From: Propionibacterium freudenreichii subsp. freudenreichii
Lineage (GTDB): Bacteria > Actinomycetota > Actinomycetes > Propionibacteriales > Propionibacteriaceae
NCBI RefSeq assembly: GCF_000940845.1
Contig: NZ_CP010341.1
Coordinates: forward strand, 1,470,001-1,502,000
Reading direction: 5' to 3'
DNA length: 32,000 nt
Positions 30,640 through 32,000 of this stretch are shown here, one piece after another. A model generated the notes under the pieces. The model worked only from the letters and a program-made list of their open reading frames with translations, was not told where the DNA came from and did no database searches. The position numbers were made by a program, and so were the translations under genes. Numbering within the stretch: the stretch's first letter is position 1; every line of letters begins with the position of its first letter.

Positions 30640-32000
30640 GAATGGACCTCTCCCTCGCCATCGGGGCCGGCGGGTGGCTGGTCCTCCGCCACACCTGCGT
30701 CCGGCTCCGGGGTGTCGCCAAGAGGCAGAGCGGGTTGTTCGAGGTTCCCCTCCACGCTGGCCGGCTTGTGATCCTCCGAGCTGGCCGGGACGTCGCCCGC
30801 TGAAGCCGTCGGCTCATCTGACGCGTCCGCAGTATCGTCCACGCTGGCCGCGGTGTCATTCTCCGAGCTGGCCGGGACGTCGCCCGCAGAGGGCGTCGGT
30901 TCATCTGATGCGTTCGCAGTGCCCTCCGCATCCGGCTCCTCGTCAGACGGAACGGTCAGCGTATCGGTGTCCTCGGGGCTGGTCGGGCCCAAGTCGGGCA
31001 CCCCACTTGCTTCCGAGGCTGCGCTTGCTTCCGAGGCTGCACCGTCGGAGTCCTCATCGCCATCGGGTGACAGACCTTCATCGGAATCATCCTGCGACTC
31101 GGTGACTTCCGGTTCGGGGTCGGCCTCCTCTTCCTGGATCAGGAGGTAGTCCTCCTCATCGAAGTCGGGTTCCTTCTCGGGAACGTCCACGCCAAGGTCC
31201 CGCAGACGATCGTCGGCGTCAAGATCCGCTTCGACGTCAAGGGCCTGCGATGCTTCGAACCACCTGACGGCATCCGACTCATTGCCCTCCTGCTGAAGCA
31301 GGTTGGCATAGGCGTACCGGAGCCGGGCCTGGGACTCCTTGGGTCCGAGTCGATCGCTGATCGCCTTGCGAAGGAGCCGCAGCCCCTCGGGCCGCTGCCC
31401 CATGTCGTCGCGCAGACCGGCCTCGACCAGTACCAGCTCGACCTCCTGCACCACGTCCAGGTCGGCGTTGTGTGCCTCGCGAATGGTGCGTAGCGCCTGA
31501 TCGTGCTTACCCAGCGCACGCTCACTATCAGCGATCACGGGAAGGTAGTTGGGATTGCCGGTCATCCGGGAAACAGCCCGATACTCAGTCAGGGCCGTCG
31601 CAAAGTCGCCATTCGCGTAGGCGGCCTCAGCGGCCGCCTCGCGCACGATCGGTAGCCGGGCAGCCCTGCGTCGCGCCGCCATCGCATGCGCCTGCGCCAG
31701 GGCGGGATCCTCGTCCAGCAGCTCCCCGGCGGCCATCAGATGTGCCATGACGACAGTCGCCAGGTCCTTGGGAAGTGCCCGCAGCTCGGCCCGAACGGGT
31801 CCAGGAATCGATCGGATGTCAATCAGTGACGTGTCGACGCCGGGCTCGTCGGCAGGCTTCTCCAGCCCGGGTGCAACATAACGCTCTTCCCGATCATCGC
31901 GACCGCGTCCGGGGCGGCCGTCCGAACGACCACGGGCCGTGAAACTACCGCCACCCCTGCGCTCACCAGGGCGTCCACCCTGCCCGCCACGACGCTCGCT
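30636..32000 (-). CDS. TPR-like helical repeat protein with an Arg/Gly-rich N-terminus and a long acidic low-complexity C-terminal tail; the 5' end lies outside the window
   Basis: The track ORF starts at 31748, but the same frame stays open to position 32000 (manual translation ...GRGRDDREERYVAPGLEKPADEPGVDTSLIDIRSIPGPVRAELRALPKDLATVVMAHLMAAGELL...). A TPR-like middle region follows. The roughly 170 aa D/E/S/P/A-rich tail contains tandem repeats. Confidence 0.75.
   Translation of the reverse strand, partial: SERRGGQGGRPGERRGGGSFTARGRSDGRPGRGRDDREERYVAPGLEKPADEPGVDTSLIDIRSIPGPVRAELRALPKDLATVVMAHLMAAGELLDEDPALAQAHAMAARRRAARLPIVREAAAEAAYANGDFATALTEYRAVSRMTGNPNYLPVIADSERALGKHDQALRTIREAHNADLDVVQEVELVLVEAGLRDDMGQRPEGLRLLRKAISDRLGPKESQARLRYAYANLLQQEGNESDAVRWFEASQALDVEADLDADDRLRDLGVDVPEKEPDFDEEDYLLIQEEEADPEPEVTESQDDSDEGLSPDGDEDSDGAASEASAASEASGVPDLGPTSPEDTDTLTVPSDEEPDAEGTANASDEPTPSAGDVPASSENDTAASVDDTADASDEPTASAGDVPASSEDHKPASVEGNLEQPALPLGDTPEPDAGVAEDQPPAGPDGEGEVHS
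30751..30924 (-). repeat. Two tandem copies of an 87 bp (29-codon) in-frame repeat inside the acidic tail
   Basis: Copy 1 (30751-30837) and copy 2 (30838-30924) align by eye. The 60 nt core ctccgagctggccgggacgtcgcccgc...tcatctga.gcgt.cgcagt differs at about 6 positions. It encodes ASDEPT(P/A)SAGDVPASSE(N/D).... Confidence 0.8.
31006..31041 (-). repeat. Two tandem copies of an 18 bp in-frame repeat (encodes SEASAA x2)
   Basis: cttgcttccgaggctgcg is followed by cttgcttccgaggctgca, differing at 1 nt. Confidence 0.8.

Overview
This is a very GC-rich (judged by eye, not computed) core-chromosome segment that looks like high-GC Actinomycetota. It is almost entirely coding: 33 CDS, 30 of them on the minus strand, many with 4-8 nt start/stop overlaps that suggest long operons. 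Three conserved actinobacterial synteny blocks sit side by side. Block (i) is ilvB-ilvN-(ilvC start), plus an isolated hisF and a polytopic membrane protein. Block (ii) is pafB-pafC-tatA-tatC-(lipid kinase)...helY-ABM. Block (iii) is TPR protein-HAD-IIA-[bioY-bioM-bioN]-small ORF-nadK-recN-pyrG-NUDIX-xerD-parA-like-small RHH ORF-scpA-scpB-rluB, followed by two tandem FKBP lipoprotein paralogues. I found no rRNA or tRNA genes, CRISPR array, transposase or IS element, prophage, or recognisable defence system, so this reads as an ordinary housekeeping region. The points most worth a second look are modest. (a) An orphan ParA-like ATPase is coupled to a small ribbon-helix-helix ORF just upstream of scpAB. 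(b) A perfect TGAAC-N3-GTTCA (BioQ-type) operator lies on the bioYMN promoter, and bioYMN is inserted inside a conserved block. (c) The ilvB leader is structured, with a canonical intrinsic terminator and a possible ILVL mini-ORF. (d) A TAnnnT-N6-8-(G/A)TG leaderless-promoter signature recurs and fixes several start codons. (e) pafBC is present without an adjacent pafA. The ORF track prints alternative starts (GTG/TTG) as M. Several track ORFs are over-extended at the 5' end, and I trimmed them using overlaps, Shine-Dalgarno (SD) sequences and -10 boxes.
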